From Patescibacteria group bacterium (GTDB taxonomy: Bacteria > Patescibacteriota > Microgenomatia > Woykebacterales > RBG-16-39-9b), in assembly GCA_025449635.1 (NCBI GenBank), contig JANWIZ010000006.1:1-51491 (forward strand): a stretch of DNA of 51,491 bases, written 5' to 3'. Numbering within the stretch: the stretch's first letter is position 1; the number at the start of each line of letters is the position of its first letter. The translations under genes were made by a program, and so were the position numbers. Positions 17,443 to 26,971 of this stretch are shown here, piece after piece. The notes under the pieces were generated by a model. It was not told the DNA's origin. It did not search any database and worked only from the letters and a program-made list of their open reading frames with translations.

Positions 17443-18525
17443 CAGATACTTTTCGGTTTTATTGTCTTTCAACTTTTGAACAATTTTCTTCACATCCTGA
17501 GACCGTGACTTTGGACAAATCAAAAGTGCATCCGGAGTATCGACAATAATCATACTTTCCAAACCAACAGTAGCGACTAATTTATTTTCATGGGTTTGGA
17601 ATATTAAACAATCAACTGAGTCAATATCGATATGCTGTCCTTTTACAACATTTTGCTCCAAAGTCTCCGCTAATTCATCCTTCAAAACATTCCAAGCCCC
17701 AACATCAGTCCAACCCAACACAGCTGGAATTTCCAATTGATCCGCTTTTTCAAGTTTTTCAAATAGCGCATGATCGATCATCATCTTTGGAATTTTGGAA
17801 TACTCTTGTTCAATAATCTTTTTTTCTGAAGAGTTACCAACTGCTTCTTGAATTTTCTTTAATGCGGTAAAAGCTTCAATACTGTGTTTTTCGAGTACCT
17901 CCATAAACTTACTTAATCTCCAAACAAAATAACCAGTATTCCAAAGATAGTTACCCTCTTCCAAAAACCTTTCCGCTGTAGCGTGATCAGGTTTCTCAAT
18001 ATGACGACGAAATTCGTAAACTTCGAAACCATCAACCTCTCTTACTTTACCTCCAATTTCCAAATACCCTAGATGAACACTTGGAAAAGTTGGGCGTACA
18101 TCAACTTTGGCAATCACGTTCTCCTCGTTTGCCAATTTTTCAGCCGCTTTTAAAGCTTTGATAAAAGTTTCCTTTTCCCTAACAATATGATCAGCCCCCC
18201 ATATAGCAGCCATAGTTTCACCAGGAAATTTTTTCTCTAGATAAGCAGCTGCAAAGCTAACTGCTGCCAGGGTATCTCTCATCTCAGGTTCACCAATAAT
18301 GTTTTCTGCTGGAATATCAGGAACTTGTTTTTTTACAATATCAACAAAATCTTTACCAGTTAGAATAAAAACATCTGTCTTTGAAAAACCTGAGAGTACC
18401 ATTTCAACCATTTGCTGAAACATCGAAGTTTCCCCTACTAATTTTTGAAATTGTTTGGGCATAGCTTTTCGACTCAAGGGCCACATTCTAGTCCCAGATC
18501 CACCAGAAAAGATTACAACTTTCAC
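17440..18525 (-). CDS. manC: Mannose-1-phosphate guanylyltransferase (no PMI domain)
   Basis: GGSGTRMWPLSR..PKQF, EP..RDT, ADH, GYLE, EKP, YLWNTG, GWTDVGAW; probable GTG start at 18525 after AGGTAG. Confidence 0.9.
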   Translation of the reverse strand: MKVVIFSGGSGTRMWPLSRKAMPKQFQKLVGETSMFQQMVEMVLSGFSKTDVFILTGKDFVDIVKKQVPDIPAENIIGEPEMRDTLAAVSFAAAYLEKKFPGETMAAIWGADHIVREKETFIKALKAAEKLANEENVIAKVDVRPTFPSVHLGYLEIGGKVREVDGFEVYEFRRHIEKPDHATAERFLEEGNYLWNTGYFVWRLSKFMEVLEKHSIEAFTALKKIQEAVGNSSEKKIIEQEYSKIPKMMIDHALFEKLEKADQLEIPAVLGWTDVGAWNVLKDELAETLEQNVVKGQHIDIDSVDCLIFQTHENKLVATVGLESMIIVDTPDALLICPKSRSQDVKKIVQKLKDNKTEKYL

Positions 18526-18562
18526 AAACAACCTACCTTTCTATAATAACTAATAGTTTTGG

Positions 18563-18607
18563 GAATGAACGGTTCTTTAAGCGTTAGCGAAAAGGTTCTT
18601 ATTTTCA
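18563..18607. repeat. Dispersed ~45-bp intergenic repeat, copy 2
   Basis: gaatgaacggttctttaagcgttagcgaaaaggttcttattttca; 39/45 to 2957-3000. Confidence 0.85.
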
Positions 18608-19753
18608 TTTTATTGACCTTTCATAAACTTGAGATACAAAGTCTTTCATTTTTGTTCGAAACACCTCCTTTGAAAACTTTTCCGCCTGCTCAATACAATC
18701 CTGAGGTTTGATTTGACTTGAATCGAGATTCTTAAGTGCTTCTATTATAGACTCTGGGGTTTGTTCGTCAAAGAACACCCCAGTCTTACCTTCGATTATT
18801 GTTTCCAATGCTCCTCCACTCTTATAAGCTAATACGGGCTTTCCCGCTGCCATAGCCTCGACTGGGACTATACCAAAATCCTCCAATGTGGGGAAAATTA
18901 GCGCTCTACAGTTGATTAGTAACTCTTTAACTTTTTCATCGTTAACTCTACCTAAAAGATTGACGTTGGATTGTGCGATTTCTTTGAGATAGGTAAGCTG
19001 TGGTCCATCTCCAACAATTATTAGTTTATCTTTAATTTTGTTAAAAGCCTTAACAACAACATCAATTTTTTTATAACCACCCAACCTTGAAACAACCAAA
19101 TAATACTTCTCTGATTTTGGATTTTGTTTGGTATTTTCAAACCTCTTTGTATCAACAGGAGGATAAATAACAGTTCCGGTTCGATTGTAATGCTTCTTCA
19201 ATCTAGCCTCAACTTCTTTTGAATTAACAAGAAAGTAATCAATATTTTGGGCAATATTGTAATCCCAACGACGCAGTAATGATTTTATTGGGGGAACTAA
19301 TATTTTATAAAAAAATTCCAAATAACGATCAAAACCATGTCTGTAGTAACGAGAAAGTTCAGTATCATAACCCCAAAGAAACCTTGGAACTGTATGTAGA
19401 TAACAAATATGAATCGAGCCTTTTGGTTTTTTTATAAATTTAGCTGCGTATGAAGACGAACTTATAATTAGATTAGGATTACCAAGATTTTGCAATCTAA
19501 AAGCTACTGGGTAAAGGAAAAAATAGTGTTTTGAAAGATAATTTGCAAAAGGTAGCTTACTAATAAAATTGGTTTTGATTCTCTTAGGATCGATTTTGAG
19601 CCAATTTTTCATCAATTTTTGATCATAAATGCTTGTGTAAACATAAGCGTTCGGCCAAATTTCTGCTAACGCTTCTGCTACCCGTTCGCCACCTCCGTAT
19701 TGATTGAAATAATCGTGAACAATTGCTACCTTTAGTTCTTTTGAATCAGACAT
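18605..19753 (-). CDS. GT4 glycosyltransferase (WbaZ-like mannosyltransferase)
   Basis: VAIVHDY..GGGERV, YLHTVPRFLW, IYPPVD, EDFGIVPVEAMAAG. Confidence 0.88.
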   Translation of the reverse strand: MSDSKELKVAIVHDYFNQYGGGERVAEALAEIWPNAYVYTSIYDQKLMKNWLKIDPKRIKTNFISKLPFANYLSKHYFFLYPVAFRLQNLGNPNLIISSSSYAAKFIKKPKGSIHICYLHTVPRFLWGYDTELSRYYRHGFDRYLEFFYKILVPPIKSLLRRWDYNIAQNIDYFLVNSKEVEARLKKHYNRTGTVIYPPVDTKRFENTKQNPKSEKYYLVVSRLGGYKKIDVVVKAFNKIKDKLIIVGDGPQLTYLKEIAQSNVNLLGRVNDEKVKELLINCRALIFPTLEDFGIVPVEAMAAGKPVLAYKSGGALETIIEGKTGVFFDEQTPESIIEALKNLDSSQIKPQDCIEQAEKFSKEVFRTKMKDFVSQVYERSIK

Positions 19754-19760
19754 GGCTGTA

Positions 19761-19769
19761 ATTATAGCA
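19761..19769 (-). promoter_or_regulatory. Extended -10 promoter, predicted leaderless mRNA
   Basis: TGcTATAAT 7 nt upstream of ATG 19753, no SD. Confidence 0.65.
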
Positions 19770-19808
19770 TTATTAAACCTAAAAGTAGTTTCTAAACGGA
19801 TTTATTGT

Positions 19809-21404
19809 TTATTTCAAAAGTTTCGTAACATCTGTAAACTTGTAGAGATTTTGTTCATCAGGGTATATGTAATTTTTGTCTGGTAAAAGATTCAGGCTAG
19901 CTCCGAAATATTTATTCAAGACAACTCTAAAAGAATTTACTGGAGTTATTTCTGGATATAACTTCGAATAATCTTTATCAGGGAAGTAATAAGCGGATAG
20001 AATAGGGAATTTTTCTTTTAATGTTTCTTGGCTAGCTTTTTCCCAACTACCGCCTCTAGGAAAAAGCATTGGATGTGGACCTTCGTCTGCTTGAAGAACA
20101 ATCACTGGTTTACCGTTTTTGTTGGACATTAATGTTTTTATTAACTTTTCTATTTTTTTATTTGTACATTGAAGCTGGTCGGTGTAAAGCTCTACTTGCG
20201 GTTTTTGAATACCTTCTTGGATATTTTTGCAATTTTCATCAAACACATAAGGTTCATGAGGAGCGAGGATATGGGTGAAAATAAACTTTGGTCCAGATTC
20301 CTTTATAATTTCACTAAAAATTGAGAATTCATAATTCACGGTTTCACGGTGATTAGCAAAATGGTACAAATTTGCAGCTGCTTCAGGTGAGAACCAACGA
20401 ACTATAGGTATTAAAACCGTATGTTGGATCAAAGCCCTATAATACTCCTCCAATCTCACTTCAACTTTATTGGATAAGTAATTCTTATCTGCGTTTTTGT
20501 TAGTATGAGTCACTGGCCACCAGGGGCCAACATTAAAAAATTTATAGCCTCTTTCTTTAAGATTTAAAAGCACTTTATTAGTCTCAACCAAATTATGAGT
20601 GAGGTTTTCGTTACCAAACCCGGCAGAATTCAATTTTTTATCTTCAAAATTCAGATAAGACATATTTAAAGACGAGATCAACGAATGAAGTGTTTTAGGA
20701 TAATTTGAAGTTGCCTTTGAAGCTACAAAGAACCCCTGAGAAGTTAAAAAATCGTAAAACCCATTGTTATTGTATTTGTACAAACCTTCGATAGTAGGTT
20801 TCCCGGCGTAGCGATCAAAGATAAAGTAATAAATATCTGGTTTTTCTCCAACAGACTTCTTTAAAGAGTCTGTTAGTTTTTTTTCTTCTGAAGCTATCTT
20901 TATTACTTGTCTTTGCTGACCAAAGTTATTTACTTGAAATTCAATTATTGAAAACAAAGGGGAAATTAATAGTACTAAAGTCATTAAAGTGAACATTTGG
21001 GTAAATATATTAATATTGTTTTTTACCCTCTTTAACCGATAAAAACTCAAGTAAATAACTAAAGCCCAAACTCCAAAAATAACGCCAGCGTGCGGTATTT
21101 TTAAAGGTTCTAAGATAAAGTTAATCTTACTCAAAATTTCATCGATTGTCTGATAACTTGTAAAAAAGAGTGACAAAATTGTGGCTGAAATTGCAGATTT
21201 ACGAAAATCTTTGAAAAAATAATACGATCCTAAAATTAAAATTATAACGACAACAAAAGACAAAATTATGGGTAAGAGGATAATCGATAATGGAAGGTAG
21301 TCCATATTTTTACGGAAAGTAAAGAGAATTGGGAATAGGACAAAAAGAAACGGATGCAAAGGCGTACTAAATAGTTCTTTAAATTTATTAAAAGTTTGGT
21401 GCAT
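19809..21404 (-). CDS. Membrane-bound alkaline-phosphatase/sulfatase-superfamily transferase (LtaS/EptA-like architecture)
   Basis: About 5 N-terminal TMs; PDIYYFIFDRY, SNYPKT (Thr nucleophile position), HILAPHEPY, LQADEG, TPVNSFR. Confidence 0.8.
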   Translation of the reverse strand: MHQTFNKFKELFSTPLHPFLFVLFPILFTFRKNMDYLPLSIILLPIILSFVVVIILILGSYYFFKDFRKSAISATILSLFFTSYQTIDEILSKINFILEPLKIPHAGVIFGVWALVIYLSFYRLKRVKNNINIFTQMFTLMTLVLLISPLFSIIEFQVNNFGQQRQVIKIASEEKKLTDSLKKSVGEKPDIYYFIFDRYAGKPTIEGLYKYNNNGFYDFLTSQGFFVASKATSNYPKTLHSLISSLNMSYLNFEDKKLNSAGFGNENLTHNLVETNKVLLNLKERGYKFFNVGPWWPVTHTNKNADKNYLSNKVEVRLEEYYRALIQHTVLIPIVRWFSPEAAANLYHFANHRETVNYEFSIFSEIIKESGPKFIFTHILAPHEPYVFDENCKNIQEGIQKPQVELYTDQLQCTNKKIEKLIKTLMSNKNGKPVIVLQADEGPHPMLFPRGGSWEKASQETLKEKFPILSAYYFPDKDYSKLYPEITPVNSFRVVLNKYFGASLNLLPDKNYIYPDEQNLYKFTDVTKLLK

Positions 21405-22776
21405 TTAAACTTTCTAACAAATAAATACTTCGCTGACTACCTTTGATTTTAGTTGAATCAATTATTTTATAGAACTGCGTAAAAGCTTTTTCAAAACCTT
21501 CCTCAGTGTAGTTTTGGAAGATATCTGTCCTTGTTGACAATAGTTTCTGAACCTGTGAATCCTGCTTAGGAACAAATTCAATTATCAAATACTTACTCAA
21601 AGAGGAAAAAAATTCTGCTTGTAGTTCAAGTGGTATGTTATTTGAAATTGTAAGGTGATGTATGAGAGCAAGAGCTAAAATACAATCAACTAATCCCCTG
21701 CCACTAAACGGATCTCTTTCCAAATTTCTCCACCCCAAACCGGGGCTAGGATTTACTAAATCTATCTGTAAAGGCAAAATATTTTTTTCGCTTTTTTCTT
21801 TAACTATTCTATAGTTCAACTCAACTGCAGCTGGATCTATGTCGGAGGCGATTGTTTCAATCCCTTTTTTTGAGGCGATTCGGCTAAATTCACCAGTATT
21901 AGCTCCCAGATCCCAAACAAATTTTGGTTTGCTTTTAGTTAAATATTTTTCGATTAAAGCCGCTTTTTGCTTAAAAGCTGTTCTTTTGTAATTTGTATTT
22001 GAGTAATAATCACCCCATTCTGTTCCCTTTGGAGTCCAACTCAAACCTTTTACAGTACTTTCTAGATTATCTAAAAGTCCTAGAAAAGATTGTTTGCTAA
22101 ACTTACCGACTTTTTTGACTCCTTTGCCTGAATATTTCTCTTGCATCGAAGCATGTAGGTGAATATGAACTAAGAGTCCAAGGTTTAATCTAGTTTTCCA
22201 AGGAAGTAGTGTACTTACTAGTTTGAGTGGGGTTCCATCTAGGAAAACCGTTGAGAGTTTGTTTAGATAGATATCCTTCTTACTCATCAGAGCTAGTGGT
22301 CCTAAGAAATGCTGGCAAAACTGCTTGTAGGCAACCCAAGGACGATCCTGCTTATATTTTTCAAATGATAAGGTATCTATAAAAATTGGCTTTCCTTCCA
22401 AAAATTGGACGTTAAAAGCACTAGCGTCTTTCAAAGACATACCAAACTCAAGTGCAACCCTCTCAATTTGCAGAGTTAAAAATGCAGCGTCTTTTAGCTG
22501 ACTAAATGACCATTCATATGGGTACGAAATAAAAGGTATTCTCAGAGGTTTAATTACTTTATAAGCTGAATCAGAATATTTTTGGGAATTGTTAACTTCA
22601 GAATGAGGTATCAAGAGTTTTTCCTTAACCAATCTGGTATAAAGACCAGACTCCATCAATAAATCAAAATTTTCTTTATATGAAAGGTTTACTTGTCTAA
22701 AAATGGTTTCTTCAACCTCAAAAAGAAAACCGTCTGGATCTCTGAAAGAAGCGTTAGATTTATGACCTCGAACCAT
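21388..22776 (-). CDS. NoeA-like protein: kinase-like N-domain fused to a class I SAM methyltransferase
   Basis: SFRDP, ISYPYEWSF, LKDASAFN, IFIDTLSF; WGDYY, VWDLGANTGEFS, ALALIHHL, IIEFV. Confidence 0.78.
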   Translation of the reverse strand: MVRGHKSNASFRDPDGFLFEVEETIFRQVNLSYKENFDLLMESGLYTRLVKEKLLIPHSEVNNSQKYSDSAYKVIKPLRIPFISYPYEWSFSQLKDAAFLTLQIERVALEFGMSLKDASAFNVQFLEGKPIFIDTLSFEKYKQDRPWVAYKQFCQHFLGPLALMSKKDIYLNKLSTVFLDGTPLKLVSTLLPWKTRLNLGLLVHIHLHASMQEKYSGKGVKKVGKFSKQSFLGLLDNLESTVKGLSWTPKGTEWGDYYSNTNYKRTAFKQKAALIEKYLTKSKPKFVWDLGANTGEFSRIASKKGIETIASDIDPAAVELNYRIVKEKSEKNILPLQIDLVNPSPGLGWRNLERDPFSGRGLVDCILALALIHHLTISNNIPLELQAEFFSSLSKYLIIEFVPKQDSQVQKLLSTRTDIFQNYTEEGFEKAFTQFYKIIDSTKIKGSQRSIYLLESLNAPNF

Positions 22777-23014
22777 TAGTTTTGTTTTTAGATTTGGCAG
22801 TGTTAGTCGTTACCTTTTTGAAAGGCTTTGTAAAAAATACGCTTAAGTTTCTCCAGAAACTTTTAATGAGAAAAAGTGCACCGACTAAACCAGCTATCAG
22901 AAACTGAAATACGAAACTTCCTGTCCCAGGATCTAGGTAAGCAAATGCTGGTCTAGCAAATAAAAGTAATAGAAATCCAATATAAAGTAGTACAGATAGT
23001 TTTATGTTTTTCAT
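22760..23014 (-). CDS. Small membrane protein with AYLDPGTGS motif
   Basis: Signal peptide-like segment ending AFA, then YLDPGTGS, a second hydrophobic helix and a basic tail; overlaps the next gene by 17 nt. Confidence 0.82.
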   Translation of the reverse strand: MKNIKLSVLLYIGFLLLLFARPAFAYLDPGTGSFVFQFLIAGLVGALFLIKSFWRNLSVFFTKPFKKVTTNTAKSKNKTNGSRS

Positions 23015-23057
23015 AATTTACAATATATTACTTGTTGTTCAGAAAAAAATCTACACC

Positions 23058-23085
23058 GCGTTTTACTAAACAATCAGCAAAACGC
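23058..23085 (-). terminator. Stem-loop after the deacetylase stop, probable terminator
   Basis: GCGTTTTGCTGA-ttgt-TTAGTAAAACGC on minus; the T7 run starts 8 nt downstream, so not canonical. Confidence 0.5.
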
Positions 23086-23088
23086 TCT

Positions 23089-23997
23089 TTATTTGGATAA
23101 TTTTGCTTTAAAAGTTTCCAGAGTATCAAAACCACTAACAACCACTCTGTTGAGGAATAGCTGCTCGCTTGAAGTTAGAGTGTTTCCTGGTCTGGTACTA
23201 AACGCCAAACGGTAACCAGCTTCTCTGGCTAAATTAACAACCTCCTCGTTATAATCTCCGTAAGGATAAGCCAAATAATTTATCTTCTTCCCTAAACCTT
23301 CCTCTAGTAGCCTTTTGCTTTCAAAAATTTCTCTCCTTCGCTCATCCGGAGAAATTTTTGTTAGTAAAAAATGTGACAATGTATGACTCTGTACATCAAC
23401 CAAACCAGAGTTGTGAATTTCCTTCAACATTGACCAGCTCATATAATTCGGGTAATTAGTGTAGTTACCGACATAAAAACTTACTACCCTTAGGTTGTAC
23501 TTCTTAATTATTGGAAAGGCATTTTGATAAAAGTCTCTATATCCGTCATCAAAGGTAATAATTACACTTTTTGGCGGTAATGGTGTACGGTTTACCAAAC
23601 TTTCGTAAAGATCATTCAGACTGATCGTCTGAAAGCCATTTTTTGATAAATATTCGAACTGACGATCCAGTTCTGCCACTTTGACTGAAAGGTGATAACT
23701 TAACTCCTCAGTTGGAGGAACAGCATCTCGCACATAGTGGTACATCAACACTGGCACATGAACAACAAAATCATTTTCAGTTTTTATCTCCAATTTTTGC
23801 CTGGCGCTGATGCTAGCAACTTCTCTAGCAAGATTGATAGCTGATGAAGTTGCCAAAATCTGACTTTCCCTTACTTTCTCGGTTGAGAGTTCGATTATAT
23901 TAACATTAGAGAATTCTTCCCAGTAAAATTCTTTAAAAAAACTCAGTAACCCTCCAACTATTAAAACCGCAACAAAAACCTTTTTAAAAAATTTCAT
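23089..23997 (-). CDS. Membrane-anchored polysaccharide deacetylase (CE4, PgaB/IcaB-like)
   Basis: PVLMYH, ITFDDGY, SHTLSH, AYPYG; probable start ATG 23997 with GAGGA upstream. Confidence 0.9.
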   Translation of the reverse strand: MKFFKKVFVAVLIVGGLLSFFKEFYWEEFSNVNIIELSTEKVRESQILATSSAINLAREVASISARQKLEIKTENDFVVHVPVLMYHYVRDAVPPTEELSYHLSVKVAELDRQFEYLSKNGFQTISLNDLYESLVNRTPLPPKSVIITFDDGYRDFYQNAFPIIKKYNLRVVSFYVGNYTNYPNYMSWSMLKEIHNSGLVDVQSHTLSHFLLTKISPDERRREIFESKRLLEEGLGKKINYLAYPYGDYNEEVVNLAREAGYRLAFSTRPGNTLTSSEQLFLNRVVVSGFDTLETFKAKLSK

Positions 23998-24005
23998 ATT
24001 CCTCG

Positions 24006-24947
24006 TTAACATTTATCTTTTGTAACTTTATCAAAAACTGAGCCAGTTAAATCAACTGCTTTAATTAAAATTCTACAATCCTCTGCTTCAACAGTTAAAA
24101 AATGGTAAACTGATTTTTGAACTTTTGTAAACCATTTTGCGACCCCCACTGGATACAGGCTTCGACCCCCTCCACCAGTAACAATATAAACTATTCCATT
24201 TTTGTCACAGCGGTTTTTATAAATTTCACAAGTTCGCTGATAGTTATGCTCATGCCCATTAAAAACAAAATCTACCTTATGCTTTTCCAAAATTGGAATG
24301 ATTTTATCGATCACTTTTTGGTCTTGCCCATGAACAACACCACTACTATAAGGAGCGTGGTGGAAATAAACTATTACCCATTTATTTTGACTTAACTTTT
24401 GCGAAAGCACCTTTTCCAACCAAGGTAGCATTTTATTGGGGACTTCATTCAACGGTGAGTTTGAATCGAGCGCAACAAATAAAACACTGGCGAAAGAAAA
24501 AGAGTAATACCGCTCGTTATCAGGAAGATCAAAAGTATCAACGAATGGCTGACCATTATCAGTTAAATAATCATGATTACCTAGTGTTGGGTAAAAAGCA
24601 GCTTTTGAAAATAAATCTTTATAAACGTCTAAGACCTTCTCCTTGATCTCCTTTGGTGTACCTCTATCATATGCCAAATCTCCAGTATGAAGTACAATTT
24701 TAGGATTTTCCTTCACCATCAGTGAAGCTAATTTTTTTTGCTCGCTACTACCAGAACCACTATCTCCAAAAACTAAAAATTTTATCTTTTCATTCTTATC
24801 TACTTCGATTTTCTTCTGGGGAATTTTTGTAACAATACTTTGATCATAAATTGAGTAAACTAAAAAGAACCCTATTATTAGAACCAGTAAACTTATTGGT
24901 AGGAAAGTAATAAGCAGTTTAATCCTTGGCTGAAACTGTTTTTTCAT
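24006..24947 (-). CDS. Membrane-anchored calcineurin-like metallophosphoesterase (purple acid phosphatase-like)
   Basis: GDSG, TGDLAY, LGNHD, HHAPY, GHEHNYQR, TGGGG; N-terminal TM. Confidence 0.9.
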   Translation of the reverse strand: MKKQFQPRIKLLITFLPISLLVLIIGFFLVYSIYDQSIVTKIPQKKIEVDKNEKIKFLVFGDSGSGSSEQKKLASLMVKENPKIVLHTGDLAYDRGTPKEIKEKVLDVYKDLFSKAAFYPTLGNHDYLTDNGQPFVDTFDLPDNERYYSFSFASVLFVALDSNSPLNEVPNKMLPWLEKVLSQKLSQNKWVIVYFHHAPYSSGVVHGQDQKVIDKIIPILEKHKVDFVFNGHEHNYQRTCEIYKNRCDKNGIVYIVTGGGGRSLYPVGVAKWFTKVQKSVYHFLTVEAEDCRILIKAVDLTGSVFDKVTKDKC

Positions 24948-26075
24948 TTATCCGAAATCCTGATAAATTTTTAAAGTTTCTTGTGCAGTTTTTCTCCATG
25001 AAAATTTTTTTACTTGACTCAAACCTTTTTTAGCCAAGTTTGATCTCAAAGTTTCACTCGTCAATACAAGATTAATTTTCTTACTTATATCAATCGTTGA
25101 TTTCGGGTCAAAATACTCTGCAGCGTCGCCATAAACCTCCGGTAAGCTTGAGGCTCTTGCCGCAACAACAGGACAACCAACACCCATAGCCTCTAATCCA
25201 GGTAAACCAAAACCCTCTGACAATGACGGGAAGGCTAATAGCTTCGCTGATTTTAACAAAACCACAAGCTCACTATCGGGTACAAAACCAGTAATTACTA
25301 TCCTCTCTAAAACTCCTAACTGTTTTGCTTTTATTAGTATGTCTGCCGTCCAAGAATCCCGCTTAGTGACACACACAAGCTGTACTTTTTTATCTATTTT
25401 CGGCAGAGATTCAACAAGTTTTTCTAAATTCTTGTAAGGAAAACTGTTTCCAATAAACAAAATGTAATCTCCCTTAATTGCGTATTTCCCCAGGATTTGT
25501 CTTTCCTTACCATTACTCACGAATTGAGTTGACAAATAAAAATCATCAGCTGCTTCGTAGATCACATTAATTTTACTTTCGGAAATTTTGAATATTTTCT
25601 CAATTTCCTTTTTTACAAAATTACTTGGTGAAATAATTTTCTCTGCTCGTTTTAATGTTTGCGCGATTGTGAAATTATAAGCTTGCTGTTTAGCAAATGA
25701 TAAAGGCGTTATCTTCTTTCGACTTGCAGCTTTGGCAAAGCTTGTTTTTGTCAAATCATGAATTGTAACCACAAATTTCCCCGAATAAAGAAGAGGGATA
25801 TTGAAATGTGGAAAATGTACCAAATCAAGTTTCTTTGAATTTAAGGCTGCTGGCATAATGAGCTGCTCTTTCAGCGAGTACCAATGAGCGTCAGCTGTAA
25901 ATTTTTGAAAGTTTTTGGCTGTTGGAGTATAAAGGTGAAAATTACTATTTTTTAGGAACACGAAATACTCGTTATTATCATCTAATTTTTCAAGATTTTT
26001 TAATAAGTTTTGGAGATACCGTCCGATTCCAGTTCCTTCTGGTCCATAAAATCGAGCGTCAATACCAATACGCAT
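24948..26075 (-). CDS. GT4 glycosyltransferase (MtfB/WbdB-like)
   Basis: MRIGIDAR..GIGRY, TIHDL, KN, EGFGLPGLEAM, FSW. Confidence 0.9.
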   Translation of the reverse strand: MRIGIDARFYGPEGTGIGRYLQNLLKNLEKLDDNNEYFVFLKNSNFHLYTPTAKNFQKFTADAHWYSLKEQLIMPAALNSKKLDLVHFPHFNIPLLYSGKFVVTIHDLTKTSFAKAASRKKITPLSFAKQQAYNFTIAQTLKRAEKIISPSNFVKKEIEKIFKISESKINVIYEAADDFYLSTQFVSNGKERQILGKYAIKGDYILFIGNSFPYKNLEKLVESLPKIDKKVQLVCVTKRDSWTADILIKAKQLGVLERIVITGFVPDSELVVLLKSAKLLAFPSLSEGFGLPGLEAMGVGCPVVAARASSLPEVYGDAAEYFDPKSTIDISKKINLVLTSETLRSNLAKKGLSQVKKFSWRKTAQETLKIYQDFG

Positions 26076-26134
26076 TTTATAAATTCCTCTTTACAGAGCG
26101 CGCAACCCTTGTTTTATTTTTTATAAATACTTAA

Positions 26135-26971
26135 TTAGCGATCTATTTTTTTAACTAAATAAGAAACCAGAGCAGCAGGGTAGCTAAGAACCACGAAAGG
26201 TAGTAACACCAAAATTGTAACCCAATTTTGGTGTTTTTTAAAGTAATGCAAAAGGCTTTTGTTCCAAATTGTTTGCTTATGGATAAAATTTAGCTGTTTT
26301 GTACTTTGACCAATCAAATGGTTTACTCTAGCTTCAGTATAATAAATTATTTTGTAACCCAAATCTTTAATTCGTTTTAAAAGGTCTGTTTCTTCGAACC
26401 AAAGGAAAAATTTTTCATCAAAACCGCCTACTTCTTCAAAAATTTCCCGACGGATCAGCAAGGCAGCTCCCATTAGGTGCTCAACTTCCTGTGTTTTCTC
26501 GTAATCAAGCTTCGGGTACACAAAATTCTTCAGAAAACCAACCCGATGCAGTCTCAACAAAGTAAAACTTTCACTAAGTAGGTTTGGGAATCTGGTTATT
26601 TCTGTTTGTACTGAATTGTCACTGTTAAGCAGTTTTGGTCCAACAACTGCCACATTTGAATTGGAATCTAGATAGGAAACGAGGTTTTTAATAGTATTAT
26701 TTTCGAGGACACAATCCGGATTCAGGAAAAAAAGAAAATCCCCAGAGGCTATTTTAACTGCAATATTATTTGCCTTACCAAAGCCAAGGTTTTCACTATT
26801 TTGAATAAGTTTAACTTTTGGAGATTGTTTAACTACTTCAACAGTCTTGTCATTTGAATTGTTATCAACAACAATTACTTCAGTTTCCAGTTGGTTGGAG
26901 AAAACGGAACTCAAACAATTCCTAATTGATTTTTCAGAATTGTAAGTAACTATAATTACCGAAATTTTCAT
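26135..26971 (-). CDS. GT2 glycosyltransferase (WbbL-like rhamnosyltransferase)
   Basis: IIVTYN, VVDNNS.D, NLGFGKANN, LNPD, GFDEKFFLWFEETDL. Confidence 0.88.
   Translation of the reverse strand: MKISVIIVTYNSEKSIRNCLSSVFSNQLETEVIVVDNNSNDKTVEVVKQSPKVKLIQNSENLGFGKANNIAVKIASGDFLFFLNPDCVLENNTIKNLVSYLDSNSNVAVVGPKLLNSDNSVQTEITRFPNLLSESFTLLRLHRVGFLKNFVYPKLDYEKTQEVEHLMGAALLIRREIFEEVGGFDEKFFLWFEETDLLKRIKDLGYKIIYYTEARVNHLIGQSTKQLNFIHKQTIWNKSLLHYFKKHQNWVTILVLLPFVVLSYPAALVSYLVKKIDR

Noticed and set aside
2957..18607. CRISPR repeats or transposon ends
   Set aside because: Only two direct copies 15.6 kb apart, flanking housekeeping genes, with no spacers, cas genes or transposase
26076..26134. preQ1-like or SD-sequestering element (CTCT-GTAA-AGAG) upstream of the GT4
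   Set aside because: Only a 4-bp stem, with no preQ1 loop consensus or A-rich tail in the right order
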